A stretch of 64,000 bases of DNA, from assembly GCA_010093995.1 (NCBI GenBank), contig ML992507.1, forward strand, positions 488,673-552,672, in the 5' to 3' direction. Shown in pieces: positions 1-12,700 of the stretch. This DNA comes from Elsinoe ampelina (Eukaryota). How positions within the stretch are numbered: the first letter of the stretch is position 1; every line of letters starts with the position of its first letter. The notes under the pieces are model-generated. The model was not told the origin of the DNA and did no database searches. It worked only from the letters and a program-made list of their open reading frames with translations. Both the position numbers and the translations under genes were made by a program.

Positions 1-714
1 TTAAATTGTTATTAAGGACTAATATAAATTAACTAGACAATATTACTATAGTACTAAGCTATAGTAATAATAACTACTCTAAATTAGAGAGAGAGAAAGT
101 ATAAGGAGGTTAATAGTATCCTAGTAAAAAGCGTTAGTAGATTTACTAGCTAGATTATATTTATACTTCTAGTATAATTTGTATATTTTACTTACTACCT
201 TCCCTTATATAATAAAGTAGCGTAATAAAGTTAGGCCTAAAAATTTGTAAGGTATAGTAACGCGCTAAGCTATAGAGTAAGCGCTTTAACTACTAACTCG
301 TTAGGTACTATTAGGCAGGTACTAGGTTAGGTACCCCCCCCTAAGGGCGACACTACAACTATATACTAACTCTACCTACCTTAGTATAGTACCTAACCTA
401 GAGTAACCTCTCTCTACTAAGCTTTTATACCTAACCTCTACCTAACGTAGTGCTATATCTACCTAAAAACTACTCTATAAAGGGGAATAGAGGTTTAGTA
501 AAACAGGTAGTGTAGTAAAGTTATTACCTTAGTTAAAACTAAACTATATAGTATATACCGTAGAGAAGGTACTACTGGCTACGTAATACCTTAGCTAGAT
601 ACATCGAGTATCGACATAGTGCCTAGTAGTCGCTATACTATATATTTTGTCCTAAGCGGAATAGTTACTTCTATTGTCCTCTATAACGATATAGACTCTT
701 ATACTTGCTTCTAG
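1..714. repeat. RIP-mutated AT-rich repeat relic, class unidentified
   Basis: TpA-rich, CpA/TpG-poor, no ORFs. Contains a 13-bp inverted repeat ctaggttaggtac (322-334) / gtacctaacctag (389-401). Confidence 0.55.
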
Positions 715-929
715 AGGCGCGTTTAGTGGAGCTTAAAAACGATCTCTTTTAGTGTAATTTAAGGCTAGTAGATTAAAAAAGAGGCTATACGTTTAGTAGA
801 GACTCTTTTTTAGTACTAACTCTTTAAAAAAGAGATGCCTCTTTACGTAATTACTCTTATCTAGTATAGCTAGCCTCTTTCTTAAGTGTTTACTCTAACT
901 CTTCTTTTTTAAGAGAGGCTATACTCTCT

Positions 930-2140
930 ATGCTCTCTATGCTCTTATAAACTATCTTATCTATAGATAAATAACTCCTTTAAGCTGTAATTAAAGGTGC
1001 TAGTGCTACTACTACTACTACTAGTAATTAGTATAATAACTGCCGGCTTTCTAGAGTAAAGCTAGAAGGATCTATTACCTCTATTAATAGTAAAAGATTA
1101 ACGAAGAAGGTATTACTAGATGCTTGCTAATTATACTACTTAACTCAATTATAGCCTTTAAGCTTTATGCCTTTAGTAGAGAAGTTATAAAGAGATAAGC
1201 TACTAAAGGCTAGCTATAATATCTTAGTAGAGTAGAAGCTCTTAATCTTCTTAAAGATATATAGCTATAGTGCCTTCTTTAGTAATATATAAGACTAGTT
1301 TTATTACTCTAAGGCTACTATCTCCGCTGTCTTCTACTAAGTGCTAGAGGCACTAATTTTAATCTACTAAGAGATTATTACTTTACTAGAAGATAAAGGC
1401 GATCTCTAGCTAGAGAAGATTAAAGGCAAATATCGTTAATTTGCTAGCTATATAGGAGCACTAGATAGATCTTATATCTACGCTTATATACTTAGTAAGT
1501 TACAAGCTTAGAGAAATTAAAAAGGCTAGCTATCTTAGAACGTGCTAGCGGTGTACGATTTTAATAGCAATTTTACCTATATATTAGCTAGATAGGAGAG
1601 CTCTATTTACAATAGTTAAGTACTTACCTTTACACGAGAAGTTAACAGTTTTAGAGCGCTAGAAGGCTATTACTTCCTTAGTAATACTAGATATTTAAAC
1701 ATGCTAGATCTCCTTATACCTTATCGAGGTGTAAGGTACTACCTCTAAGACTAATATAAAGCAGTAAATAAGCTAGAGAACTCTAAGGAGCTATTTAATC
1801 TAAGGCACTTAGCCTTATATAATGTTATTAAAAGAACCTTTAGAGTTTTTAAGAGGTAGTAGCAAATATTTAATACTATAAAAGAATTTAGTATATATAC
1901 TTAAGTTAAGCTAGTATATACACTTACTAGCCTTTATAATTAGATTAATCTTTATAGTAGCCTCGAGGAGCTTAATCTCTCTAAGGAGACTTTAAGGACA
2001 ATAGTAGTTACTATAGAAGATAGTAATAATACTATTAAGAGGAATAATAATCTAGCAATAATAAAGAAGCGTAATATAATAGCTGCGTAGATATAGCGTA
2101 ATTATTAAGAAGAGGTAAAGAGGAGAGGAGGTTAATATTA
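930..2140 (+). pseudogene. Harbinger DDE (HARBI1/DDE_Tnp_4-like) transposase relic
   Basis: After reversing RIP it reads GALDGSHI, KGQLSQNVLAVCDFDGNFTYVLAGWEGS.HD, YFLGDAGY, LLVPYRGVRYHL and KELFNLRHSALRNVIERTFGVFKRRW (about 1455-1865). Outer ends approximate. Confidence 0.9.
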
Positions 2141-2279
2141 AATATACACTAGCCTAATATAGTAATTAGAGCTAGTATAGGCTTAAAGATATTAGAGGAG
2201 AGTAAAAAATACTACCGATAGTATAGAATAGATATAGAGATATTTTTCTTTCTTAAAGAGTATCCCTTTATATATTTCT

Positions 2280-3366
2280 CTATTAATTTCTATCTCTAGC
2301 TTTAGTTAGTAGTACTACAAATTTTAACCTCCTCCTTAACCTTAACCTTAACTTCTTCTACCTTAATTTTACCTCTATCTAGCTAGTCTAGTAGCTTCTT
2401 ATCGATTAGTAGTTCTTGTTTCTAAAGCGCTTACTTTATAATAGCTACGCGCTACTACTTTAAGGCTATAGAAAAGAGCCTAGCCTTTACTAGAGTCTCT
2501 AGTAACTTAGTAACTATAATAGTGTAATTAGTAGTAAGATATTTAAACTTAGTAAATAGTAGATTAATCGCTCCCTTACTAACTATAGTAGCACTACTTT
2601 ACTCTAAATAGTTATTTATCTAGCTTAACTACTTAGCTACCTTTTTAACACTACTTGCTACCTTATTAGTACTATTTAATCTCCGCTAGATTCTACTTAG
2701 TATTAAATTACAAACCTTACTTATACGCTTCCTTATCGATTATATAGGCGTACTAGCCCTTAAAGAAGCTAGAGATAGAGAGGGAAAAGGAGAGTTAGCT
2801 AAATAATCTAACAATTAAGAGTTAATAGTAATATCTTAAACACTTTAAGTAAATACTCTAGTAGTAGTAACATTACTAAAGATAGTACTAAGGAGGTTAT
2901 AATAAGGTATTAGCCTATACCTAAACATCTTTACCTCCTTATAAGCTTTAAAATAGTTATCTATAACTTTAGAGTTAGCTATTATAAGGCTAGCTTTAGT
3001 CTTCTCCTATCTAGAGTTATTCTCTAGTATTTGCTAGTACCTTAAGGCATTCTTATAAGTGTTAATTTTAAGCTTTAATTTGCTTTTATTAAGCCTCTTA
3101 GCTTAAGTACTAGTAACCTCCTTTACTACCTTAGTTACTCTAGTCTAAGCCTCTAGCCGAAAGACTCCTCTAGCATAGCTACTAGTGTTAAAAGAGTTAA
3201 GGAGGGAGTATAGAGCAACCTCTACCATTTCTTTAGTCTAATTAATGTTAGTAGGCTACTTTCCCTTTACTAGTAATTAAGATAGAGAAGGTATCTAAAG
3301 CACCTCTAATTAAGTTAGTATAGCAGTAGCAATCTCTGCTGCTTTATTAAGGGTGTTAGAGGCTAT
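2280..3366 (-). pseudogene. Harbinger ORF2, Myb/SANT-like DNA-binding protein relic
   Basis: After reversing RIP it reads INWTKEMVEVAL...FRPEAWTRV...NNSGWEK...PIPHYDLLGTIFGDVTATG, typical of Harbinger Myb/SANT partners. 3' end approximate. Confidence 0.75.
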
Positions 3367-5337
3367 AATAGTAAGTAATTAGATATAGAGTTTATGTATG
3401 TTAATAATCTTTAAGTAAAATTATAACTCCTCTGCGCACAGCTACCTTCTAAAAGAGGTAGCCTCTTTTTAATCTACTAAACGCGCTATCGAAGAGCCTC
3501 TTTTATAATAGCAACCTCTTAAATCAACGCTAAAAAAGCCAAATCGGCCTCTTTTCAAAAGAGCAACCTCCTCCAACCGAACGCGCCCCAGACCATACGT
3601 AATACTATAAACTTCAGATTCATTTCCTGCTTCTGAAAAGTAATCGGTCACGCTAACGCAGGATGAGTCAACATCCCATCCTCTTCATCGCCATAACGCA
3701 GGCACTCTACCTTATCCTGCGCTGCATGCATCAGTACCTCTCGGTGTAATGTCGCCGCTCCTTCGCTTGTACGTATCAATTGAAGTTGCACTGTTCCTCA
3801 TGAGTCGGAGGGCAAGCGAAGACTTACCCAGACCCATGGAAACATCAATCCGTTCGTGCACAGCTCCGTGGAAACATCCTACCAGAACCCTGGCATGACG
3901 AGGTGGCGGTCGCCGCTCTACATCACCTGCCCACCGCATCAGACACCGTGCATCAAACTCCACCCCCCAGCGCCGTGACAGTCCATATCGTCCCGTGCCC
4001 TTGGCCAGTCTCTCCCCGTCAGCAGACATGACAGTCGTTCCCCGTGGCAGAACGCCATGCACCCTCCCCTTGTCCGTTGGGATATCCTGCAGGGACTGCT
4101 GCAGGAACGAGTCGAGTGCCTAGGAGAAGAGCGACGTAGATCGGGGTTGCGGGCGAGGGGCCGGGGTATACTTGCAGGTACGTAGCTTCGTCGAGGCAGA
4201 GCCGCATCTGGAGAGGCTTGCGAGGATTGCGTCGTCGTAGCGAGGCGTCGGCACATAGATTTTGATGGTGTACCGGCCTGTGGCCTGGGACATGATGGGC
4301 TTGAGCTGCAGAGAACGGGGTATGAGCCATTGGATCATCGTCCATGCTAGGTCTTCTAGTTTCTGTACTTGCGTATGTGCGTGTTATGTTGGCGGTGGGT
4401 TGGCTGAGGCACTTGTTGTCCTAATCACAGTACCATACTACGTAATGCCGCCGTGGCCCTCCTAAAGGCATCCGCCATATGTCGGATATTCTCGACCCGG
4501 TTTGGCATCTGGTAGGATCTGATGTGAAAATCCTACCAGAGCCCGCGTTGCGCAGAGCAACTTGCCAACTTGCGTGTACGAAGCGTCACGTTCAGGATGA
4601 TTTCGAGTAGTAAAGCCTCCAGACCAGGTAATAATGGCAGGTACTACCAGACATAGTATCTACAGCCTCTGTGTTTCCTACTGTATGGTACACTACCTGC
4701 TGAATTACTACCAGATTCGAGGACGGTACCGTACATGTCAGAAAGTGCCTGTCTCCTCAAATACGCTGAAAGTGTTGGTGATGGGTGCCTCTTCTTCTGC
4801 CTAGAGCATGAGGTTGTGAAGCCAGGGGCAAGGGGGCACGTGTACGCTGATCAACGATGACGTCGTAATATATCAACGCTCTTCGACCTCAACTCCATAG
4901 GACGTGGTTCTACTTATAGACATTTTGATCAACAGTCTCGACCATGGCTGCTATTGTTGTCAAAGGTACGTGTATTCCGCATGTCTTCTAAACAGATCTC
5001 TTCGCTGCTTCAACATCCTGGGATGAGGCCAATGTCCCCTATAGTTTGGCAGGGTGAATCCCATTCTCTGTGTGGTGTTTTTTTTGGGAAACGGAAGCCC
5101 TTCAGTAATCGAGTCAATATTCGCTTCATTCTCTGCTTGTACGCGGCTTCTATCTCTGAACCGATACCACGCTGGTAGTTGTGCAATATCAACTACCACA
5201 CCGGAGAAAGCCACTCACCGGTCAAGATGCCAGGACACGCTTACCACGCCGCGACCCACAGCTGACTGTGCTCTGGGTACTCTGAGCCTTCAACTCTGCG
5301 AACTACTTCACGATTCTGTCACAATACTCACTGACCC

Positions 5338-6621
5338 ATGCCCATAGGCGTTCGCCCGACCAAACTCGCAGAGACGCCACCACCATACTACCTCACCTCC
5401 ACCACCGGCCCGCCTCCCGCCTACTGCTACACATGTGGCCGTCTCGTCGGCTCGCGCAAGATCCGCAATGCCAAAAGTTCCGCAACCCCATCGCGGTACT
5501 GCTCAGATCGATGTAAAGCCCACAAACCGTCTCCGTCCTCTACTGGCATCTCGAGCTCGGCATCATCATCCTTCTCCTTAGACAGAGTCATAGAAGACGC
5601 CCTCTTCCTCCTTCTCTCGGACAAAGACATCCCCGACGTAGTCGCCTCCCTTCCCCCGAAAGTACGAGACCATCACCCCACCCATTCACCCGACTCCACC
5701 TCTCCCCTCGCCCCCAACCATGACCCCGCCCCCATCTCCTCCCCACCATCCCTCCCCCCAGCCCAAACCCCAACCATAGAAGACACCCGCAAACGCTCCT
5801 CCCGCAAAGGCGACCACCGCCTCCTCATCCCCTGCAGCCTCGTCGAAACCGTCGTCTTCGGCCGCGCAAGCAACGTCTCCCGCGGCCAAGGCCGACGCCG
5901 CCGCGCCCGCGACGCCAAAGAAGGGCAGCACCACGACCGCTCGAACCCGCAAGGCAAAGGGATCGAAGACGAGTACGACGAGGCGCAACTCCTCGCCACA
6001 CTCGGCCGACTCAGGACCAGCAACGGCCGACTTCCGACCAAGACCACGCCCGCGGCCCCGAGGAAAGGCGAGGGGACCGACACCAGCGCCTCAAGCGACG
6101 ACGAAACCGACACCGACGACGACACCGAGGCACCGGACCCGGGCAGGTCCGAGGGGGCCAAAATCCCCGCCACGCAGGAGGAGTTGGACGAGAAGCGGAA
6201 AGAAGGGCAGAAGCGCGCCGAGCAGCGCGAGCGCGTCCGAAATGCTTGCCGTCGTGCCGTCGTCTTCGGTTTGCGTGAGCCGGGCTCTTCTACGTCCGTC
6301 TCCGTCTCCGATCCCGTGACTCCCAAGGCTAAGGGGCATGGTAAGACCACCGACGCTGATTTCGTCGCAAAGGAGAAGAGTATGGACGACTGGACCTCTT
6401 CTGACTCCGGTGGGGGTGGGCGCAAGGGGAAGAAAGGGCGGAAAACCAAGGGGTCCGCAGGGAAGGCGAATGGTGGGGTACAAGGGGGTAAGGGTAGTGA
6501 GGGTTTTGCTATGGTGGATGGGGAGAGGAGGAAGTTGTGCGAGGCTGTCATGAGGGGAGAGATTGTGGAGCCGAGCTTTGCGAAGGGGGAGTGGGGGGTG
6601 AGGTGGCGGGAGACGACGTGA
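5338..6621 (+). CDS. Hypothetical protein with N-terminal CxxC...YCSxxC (DUF2256-like) and C-terminal DUF3253-like segments
   Basis: 427-aa ORF with CYTCGR...RYCSDRCK at the N-terminus and RERVRNACRRAV...GEIVEPSFAKGEWGVRW at the C-terminus. Confidence 0.7.
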   Translation: MPIGVRPTKLAETPPPYYLTSTTGPPPAYCYTCGRLVGSRKIRNAKSSATPSRYCSDRCKAHKPSPSSTGISSSASSSFSLDRVIEDALFLLLSDKDIPDVVASLPPKVRDHHPTHSPDSTSPLAPNHDPAPISSPPSLPPAQTPTIEDTRKRSSRKGDHRLLIPCSLVETVVFGRASNVSRGQGRRRRARDAKEGQHHDRSNPQGKGIEDEYDEAQLLATLGRLRTSNGRLPTKTTPAAPRKGEGTDTSASSDDETDTDDDTEAPDPGRSEGAKIPATQEELDEKRKEGQKRAEQRERVRNACRRAVVFGLREPGSSTSVSVSDPVTPKAKGHGKTTDADFVAKEKSMDDWTSSDSGGGGRKGKKGRKTKGSAGKANGGVQGGKGSEGFAMVDGERRKLCEAVMRGEIVEPSFAKGEWGVRWRETT

Positions 6622-6817
6622 GGGGGCCATTCATCAAGGACTGAGAGCAGGATGGAGAGGACAGAGTGGGTGAATGAATTGAATTGACCATCGCCGTAGT
6701 GGGGGACTGCTCTATCCGTCTGCCCTTGTCTGCATCAACGCCTCGCTAATCCCACCTGACCCGCTCCCTTCCCAGAGAACGCTGCTTTGTATCCAGCCTT
6801 GTCCATTCTGATTGCCA

Positions 6818-7891
6818 TCATAGACCATACATTTGCATCAACCTGCACCGTCCACACCTGTGCTCCATTGGCTCTCCGTTGACGAGTCGCTCCATTGCAT
6901 TTCTGACCACGTCTTCCTTGGTGTCTGCGAGCTCTGCACACTCTTCGTCGAGGACATACCACATGTGTACCAGGTTGTAACGGATCTCGCAATTCACCGC
7001 GCCGGAGAAAGCTTGGCGTAGAGTAGCAATTAGTGTAGGTGGAGGAGGAGTACCGTCTAGGTCGTGTATTTGGCGTGCGTCCATTTGGGAGACTTCGGTC
7101 TTGAGAGCTCTGTCCTGAGTCAGCACATCCAATGTCTGCTACGGGGTCGTCCAACTTACTCTATTGCGCTGCGTTCATGCATCAGCAGGCCGAGAAGGAA
7201 CATGGGACCATCGCGTAGAAGAAGCTCTTCACAGGCCAGCTCAATGTCGGATCGAGTCTCCTCTGTGAAGGGCGGATCAGTCCAGTAGAGCACCATCTGA
7301 GGTCCGATAGCCCTCAGCAGATGCACAGAAACCATGAGGGTGAAGAGTATGACGGCGAGTGATCCCTTTGGTAAACTCCGGATTAGCTTTGCCTTTTCTT
7401 CAGCGGATCCTGTTTGTGTTGTCAGTTGATTCTCTCTGCTCTTGTGAATCTCGTCTCGTACCCGAGTCTGCCAACCTGTACAGGATAAGGAGGCCGGTGT
7501 GGTGGAATGTGAGAGCTCTGCAGGTTGTCCAGGCCGAATGCTCGCTGTTACCCTCCCGAATGACCTTGCATCTGCTCTTGATGTTGCTCAAAACAGCAGT
7601 CCTGTGAAAGATAGCTGCCAACTCCCTCCAGCCAGGTGCCTTGCCAGACTGCTTGCTCTTCTCAAAAAGTCCAGGGAATTGTCTTGGCGCCCATGAGAAT
7701 TGGCTGTTGAGTATGTTGCTGGCGATGCAGTGCTGGTAATTGTCGGTCACTTGCTGGAAACGCTTGCTGACTAGTCGTAGGTTGGACTCGAGGGTAGGGT
7801 CATAATCGACTTCGGAGAGGATGTCGAGCAGGATCTCGTTAGGGAGGCCGTCCAGGCTTGCTGATAGGAGAACCTCTGGGTTGGGAGACAT
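6818..7891 (-). CDS. F-box domain protein (3 exons)
   Basis: N-terminal LDGLPNEILLDILSEV...LRLVSKRF F-box pattern. GT-AG introns at 7410-7461 and 7110-7159 have ctgac branch sites and keep the frame. Confidence 0.75.
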
Positions 7892-8822
7892 GGTGCTTGT
7901 GTATGGTTGCGGAAAGCCTTGTTGAGAGTGTGCAGTGGATGTCTCTTGACAGCACTGGGAGGGATACTGATATGAATAGAAAGGTTATAGATACTGCCTA
8001 CCTTGATGGAGAACCCTGCTGGTGCCAATGGACAAATTTCGATCGGGACTGACGTTAGACACAAATAGATCTGGCAGCATCATTGGCGGCGAGTGAGCAG
8101 TCGCTCCCCAGGACGGTGGGGTTTCGGAGGGAAGGTATGGTGGGAAGCTACCCTGATGGCTGTTCATCGCGTCATTCTCCCGAGCTCGCACGCGCGCACG
8201 ATATAGATGGGAGCCTCGTAGATGCGGTGCCCATCGAAGTCATATCCTTTTGGACTTATCATTGAAGCCTTGCAAACAGCGTGAAAGCTTTCCGAGAGTC
8301 TTTGTTCAAATACAAGGCCTTCGCCATCATCTTGTGTAGCGTGGTGAGAAGTGTAGCCGTGGAGCGGAGTGATTACTACTGTATCGTCCTAGAGGAGGCT
8401 CGCGGGCAATGATGCGGGCGAGCTTTGAATGCTATCGACAAGAGTCGCGGCGTGAACATGGAGTCGAAAGTGAAGGTGAAAAAGGGCTCATCAGTGAAGA
8501 AAGGTGTGTGACACCTCCGAGCTCTTCTTCGCCGCATCTCGGGTGCCGCGGGGCAAACAGCTCGACAAACATTGGAACTTGAACACTTTGCTTCTTGTCA
8601 CATGTTCCTCCTCAACCCGACCAATCCAGTTTGCTGATCCAGCAGCAAACTCGTGCATCCGATTAATAGTACGCGACCAGTCCTCGATCAGCCAGCTTTG
8701 TGCAAGGTCATGGTTTCACGTCCTTAAGCTTCCTCAAACAGCCCGATCAAAGGCACCACCATACACAGGCAACATCTCCGGCAGCCTACTGAAGACACCA
8801 CGTGCCGCCTCTCTTATCCATC

Positions 8823-9359
8823 ATGGACGAAATTCAAGGTTAGCCTCGAGCTTCATACGCCATTCATCAAAACCTGACAGAAGCAGAACACATTACCTCT
8901 CTCTACTCACTCTACAACACTCACTCGTCCACCATATCCACCTTCACCAAGTATGTCTCGCGCCTTAACCACTTCCTGCAGGCCAACATCCTGCCATTCT
9001 TCATGCGGATCACCGAAAAGCCCGACCTGGCCTCTCTGGCGCTGCTCCTCATCCTCTTGTTCATATCTCTCAAAGTCCTCAATCTTCTCTACCAGGCTGT
9101 CATGTGGTGGGTCAGGCTCTTCTTCCGTCTGGTCTTCTGGGGTGCTATCATAGCAGTTGTGACGTGGTTCATTAGTAGGGGGCCGGATGGTGTCGTTGAA
9201 GATGCGGGACGGTTGGTCGACATATGGAAGGGCGAATACGGATACTGGAGAGCAAGAGAGCAAGAAGCGCGATACTTCAAAGATGGCCAGCCGGGATATG
9301 CTGGTGGAGCAGGTCACGGAGGAGGCTACAGAGCATATGGCAGGGGACGAGCATGGTGA
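8823..9359 (+). CDS. APQ12: Apq12-family nuclear envelope / nuclear pore biogenesis membrane protein
   Basis: ATG at 8823 and intron about 8839-8886 join the 9003 ORF in frame. PDLASLALLLILLFISLKVLNLLYQAVMWWVRLFFRLVFWG fits the two-transmembrane Apq12 pattern. Confidence 0.75.
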
Positions 9360-9718
9360 AGAAGGTTGCACATCAGACGCACATACAGGGAGTTTGATAA
9401 TTAGCGTAGGCGTCTTGGAGTCGGATTTTGCAACCAGCATGGCACCATGATTTGTCTCCTGAAAAGATATACAGACGGCACCTGGGAATCACTGCCTGCC
9501 CCGTTAGTAGTTTGATGTACTTTTGCCGTGCTCCTGAATACGCCATGTGATCAAACGCGCCTCACAATTTCGCGTTGACAAGCGCTTTCGCAACTCTGTG
9601 ATCGACCACCACGTCGACCTCAGCAAAAGAACTTCCAATCCGGCAAGTGTACATTAGTACGGGCAAGACTCGGTCACAGGGATCTTCAAATCAATCATGT
9701 CTGCCGGCACGGTCAACT

Positions 9719-12700
9719 ATGACATCAAACGAGTCTCGTCTGAACGAAGACCAGGACTTTCAAGTCCTATGGGCTCAGGCGTTAGATCGATACCACTCTC
9801 TCACTGGACATGTCTTGAGAATAGAAGACGACGTAGTCAGGACAGCCTCCCTAGAGACACTTGAAAGACTCGCCGAGCAGAAGTCAAAAGACTTCGACCG
9901 CAAACGAGACAGGCACAAAAGCCTCTGCGCGCCACTCAAGTCTTGCCTGCATTTCTTCCGGCTCGCATTGAACTCAAGTCATGCTATCTCCAATATCACC
10001 GCCTTCCCGGCTGCTGGTATCATTGTAGGTGCGGCGTCGAACCTGCTCAAAGCATGCCAGAACCTCTCCCTAGCATACGATGAACTGGAGAAGCTCTTCC
10101 TTCGGATAGGATACATCACCGAGAGATTGTCCGTGTATAACATTCGCCGGCTCGACAAACGCCTCCATAATGCCATCATTCGGATCTTTACTGCCATACT
10201 GGTAGTATTGGGTACCGCAGAGAAGCTGACTACCAGAAGTCGGGCCAAGGCATTTGCTCGCATGGTTTTCATCGGCGATGACGAGGTAGATGAGACCATT
10301 CATCAGCTTGACCAAGCTGTGGAAGCTGAACAGCATCTTCTGGCTAGTCTGAACCATGAGACGCTCGCCGATGTGCACAATCGTGTCGAGACACTGAGCT
10401 TTGAAGTCCACCGCAACAGTGAGAACTATCATAGTGGACACACAGAAGCCAGCGTGGCCAAGCTATTGACCTATGATCTGGACGATAGGAATACGTAGAC
10501 ACACATGAACCACTTCAGAGAAACTGCAAAAGATACTGCAGAGTGGCTCAGGGACGACACTGTCTTCCTCAAGTGGAAGCAAGGAACTTCCCCTCTACTT
10601 TGGATATTTGGACGACCTGGTATGGGCAAATCAGTCCTAGCATCACGCACCATCAGCTTGCTCCAATCAGAGCACTCGGCTCATGCTAGTAATCTTGCTA
10701 TGGTGGCCTACATGTACTTCAAGTCGAACGTTGTCACACAACAGACCTGCCAGCAGATGGTCAAGTCGGTCATGAGCCAGTACATGGAGCAGAACCAGCG
10801 CTTCAAGAAGGTGTTGCTGGAGAAGCTACAGGGTAAGCATGCCGTCTTACAAGATCCTGTCCGAGCATGGGAGGAATTTATTCTCCATTCCATGGTCGCC
10901 CATGATTCCGCTACTTATCTGCATGCTAGAGCTTATCTCATCATCGATGGTCTGGACGAGATCTCAATTGAAGAACGCAACAAGGTCTTGGACTGCCTCC
11001 ATCTTCTTGGTAACAGTTCACACCTGCGAGTTGCCGTCTTTTGTCGACCACATGTCTCTGCTGGCACGCGGTGGGAGGGGTCTCGTCTTTTTACGAACCA
11101 CATGTCTCGGACCATCAGGATGACTTCCGAGCAAAACCTCTTCGAGATTGAAGCTTTCGCAGTGGATCGACTAGAGTATGTCAGTATTCTCAATAGTGGC
11201 CACCCAGACGATGTCGACGCATTGGCTGGTAGGATCTTTCAGACTGTAGTCACAGGATCCGACGGCATGTTCCTCTGGGCCAAGCTCATGTTCGATCGCA
11301 TCTCGTCTTTATCTTCGATAGAAGACGTCGAGGAGTGCTTGCAGAAACTACCACAGGGCTTGGATGCCATGCTATTGAAGACCTTTCAGAGACTGGGTGA
11401 CAACGAGACCGCTGAGTTGTCTTACCTTGCTGACATGGCTTCAACTCTTTTATGTATTGAACGGCCTCTGAGCACTGCCGAGTTGGCAGTCTTGCTTTTC
11501 AAACTTCGAGGACGACACTACCAGGCCCTAGAGAAAGATATCCGAGTGCGTTACGCTTCAATACTGCAAGTCGGTGGCCCGCTACCTGACTTGTATGCAG
11601 GCAAGCCTGCGAATGATGAGAAAGGTCCTTCGGGTCGCTTCAACTTTCTGCGGCACAAATCAACTACCAGGGCCACGGGTAACACGCTCGACACTAAATC
11701 TAGGACGATACCGCAACGAAGCCTGCATCATCATTCCAAGGTAACCACTGCAGCTACATCAGCATTCTCCAATACGACGAACGGTCGCACGTCCTTGAGC
11801 AAGAGGGCTATACCCAGTCACTGGTCGAAGCAGACTGTAGCTTTTGGACATGCTACAATACGAGAATTTCTTCTTTCATGTGGCGATCACGACCATGCAG
11901 GTAATCTCAAATGTGATACGATCACGGAAGACCTGAATGCATTCCGCCTTCGACTGGTGGTGGCCTTTTTGAGTCTCTTGCGCGAAACTTCTGTATCCGA
12001 GGACGAGACCCCAGGGCTGAGCGAATACGCGGAGACTCATTGGATTCAGCTACTTAGTGAGGTACAGTTCGATGTACTACCAGAAGCGTTACAGCTGCGA
12101 GCTGCAAGAGCGATTGCTGCATTCTTCCTCGATGAGACTCGATCCCAAAGAATGCTTGAGCGGATAGATAGTCATTTCTGGGAGACGTGGTTCTTGACTA
12201 CCAAGTATCGGCATATTGTCAGGGACATCCTCGCCGCACACCTTGACCATCTAGATTCCACAATTCAGACATGGGCACGCAGAGTCGCGGGATCTACGAG
12301 AGTACTGTTCGAGCCAATGTGCATTTACGCCGCTAGACACTGGCTCGAGTCCGAAAAGTGGAACGAGGACTGGCACTTCTCGAGAGGTCAAGTCGAGCTG
12401 TCACTTTTGATATGCTGCAACAAGCTTGATACTCCTGCTGAAAAGACTATGAAGACAGCGAATCGTTGGAGCAGCATGGCCCGTTTTGAGATGGCCGATA
12501 TCGAGCAAGCCGCCAAGATCCTTCCCATCACCCGCAACGCACGGTGGTATGTTGGCGTAGGCTGGATGCTGATCAATGCTGCCCGCGCTTCAGATAGCGA
12601 ACGTCGCGAACGTGCTCACACCTACTTTGAACGAGCACGACTCGACGATCCAACTGATTGGCAGAGCTATGAAGGCCTCGCGCGATGCTACGGAGACACG

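Larger units (their letters stand above)
715..3588. mobile_element. PIF/Harbinger DNA transposon, complete, RIP-inactivated
   Basis: Left end aggcgcgtttagtggag (715-731) matches the reverse complement of the right end, gggcgcgttcggttggag (3571-3588). Flanks tag (712-714) and cag (3589-3591) fit a CAG TSD with one RIP change. Subterminal aaaagagg/cctctttt motifs occur at both ends. Two convergent ORF relics inside. Confidence 0.9.

Noticed and set aside
3469..3651. 60-aa ORF
   Set aside because: Overlaps the Harbinger TIR and subterminal repeats; no coding features.
3712..5347. Several short overlapping ORFs
   Set aside because: No recognisable motif or convincing splice model; a small gene near 4120-4345 cannot be excluded.
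5673..6630. Long antisense ORFs (also 13498-14335, 50752-51975, 58550-59329)
   Set aside because: Shadows of real genes, caused by GC-rich skewed codon usage.
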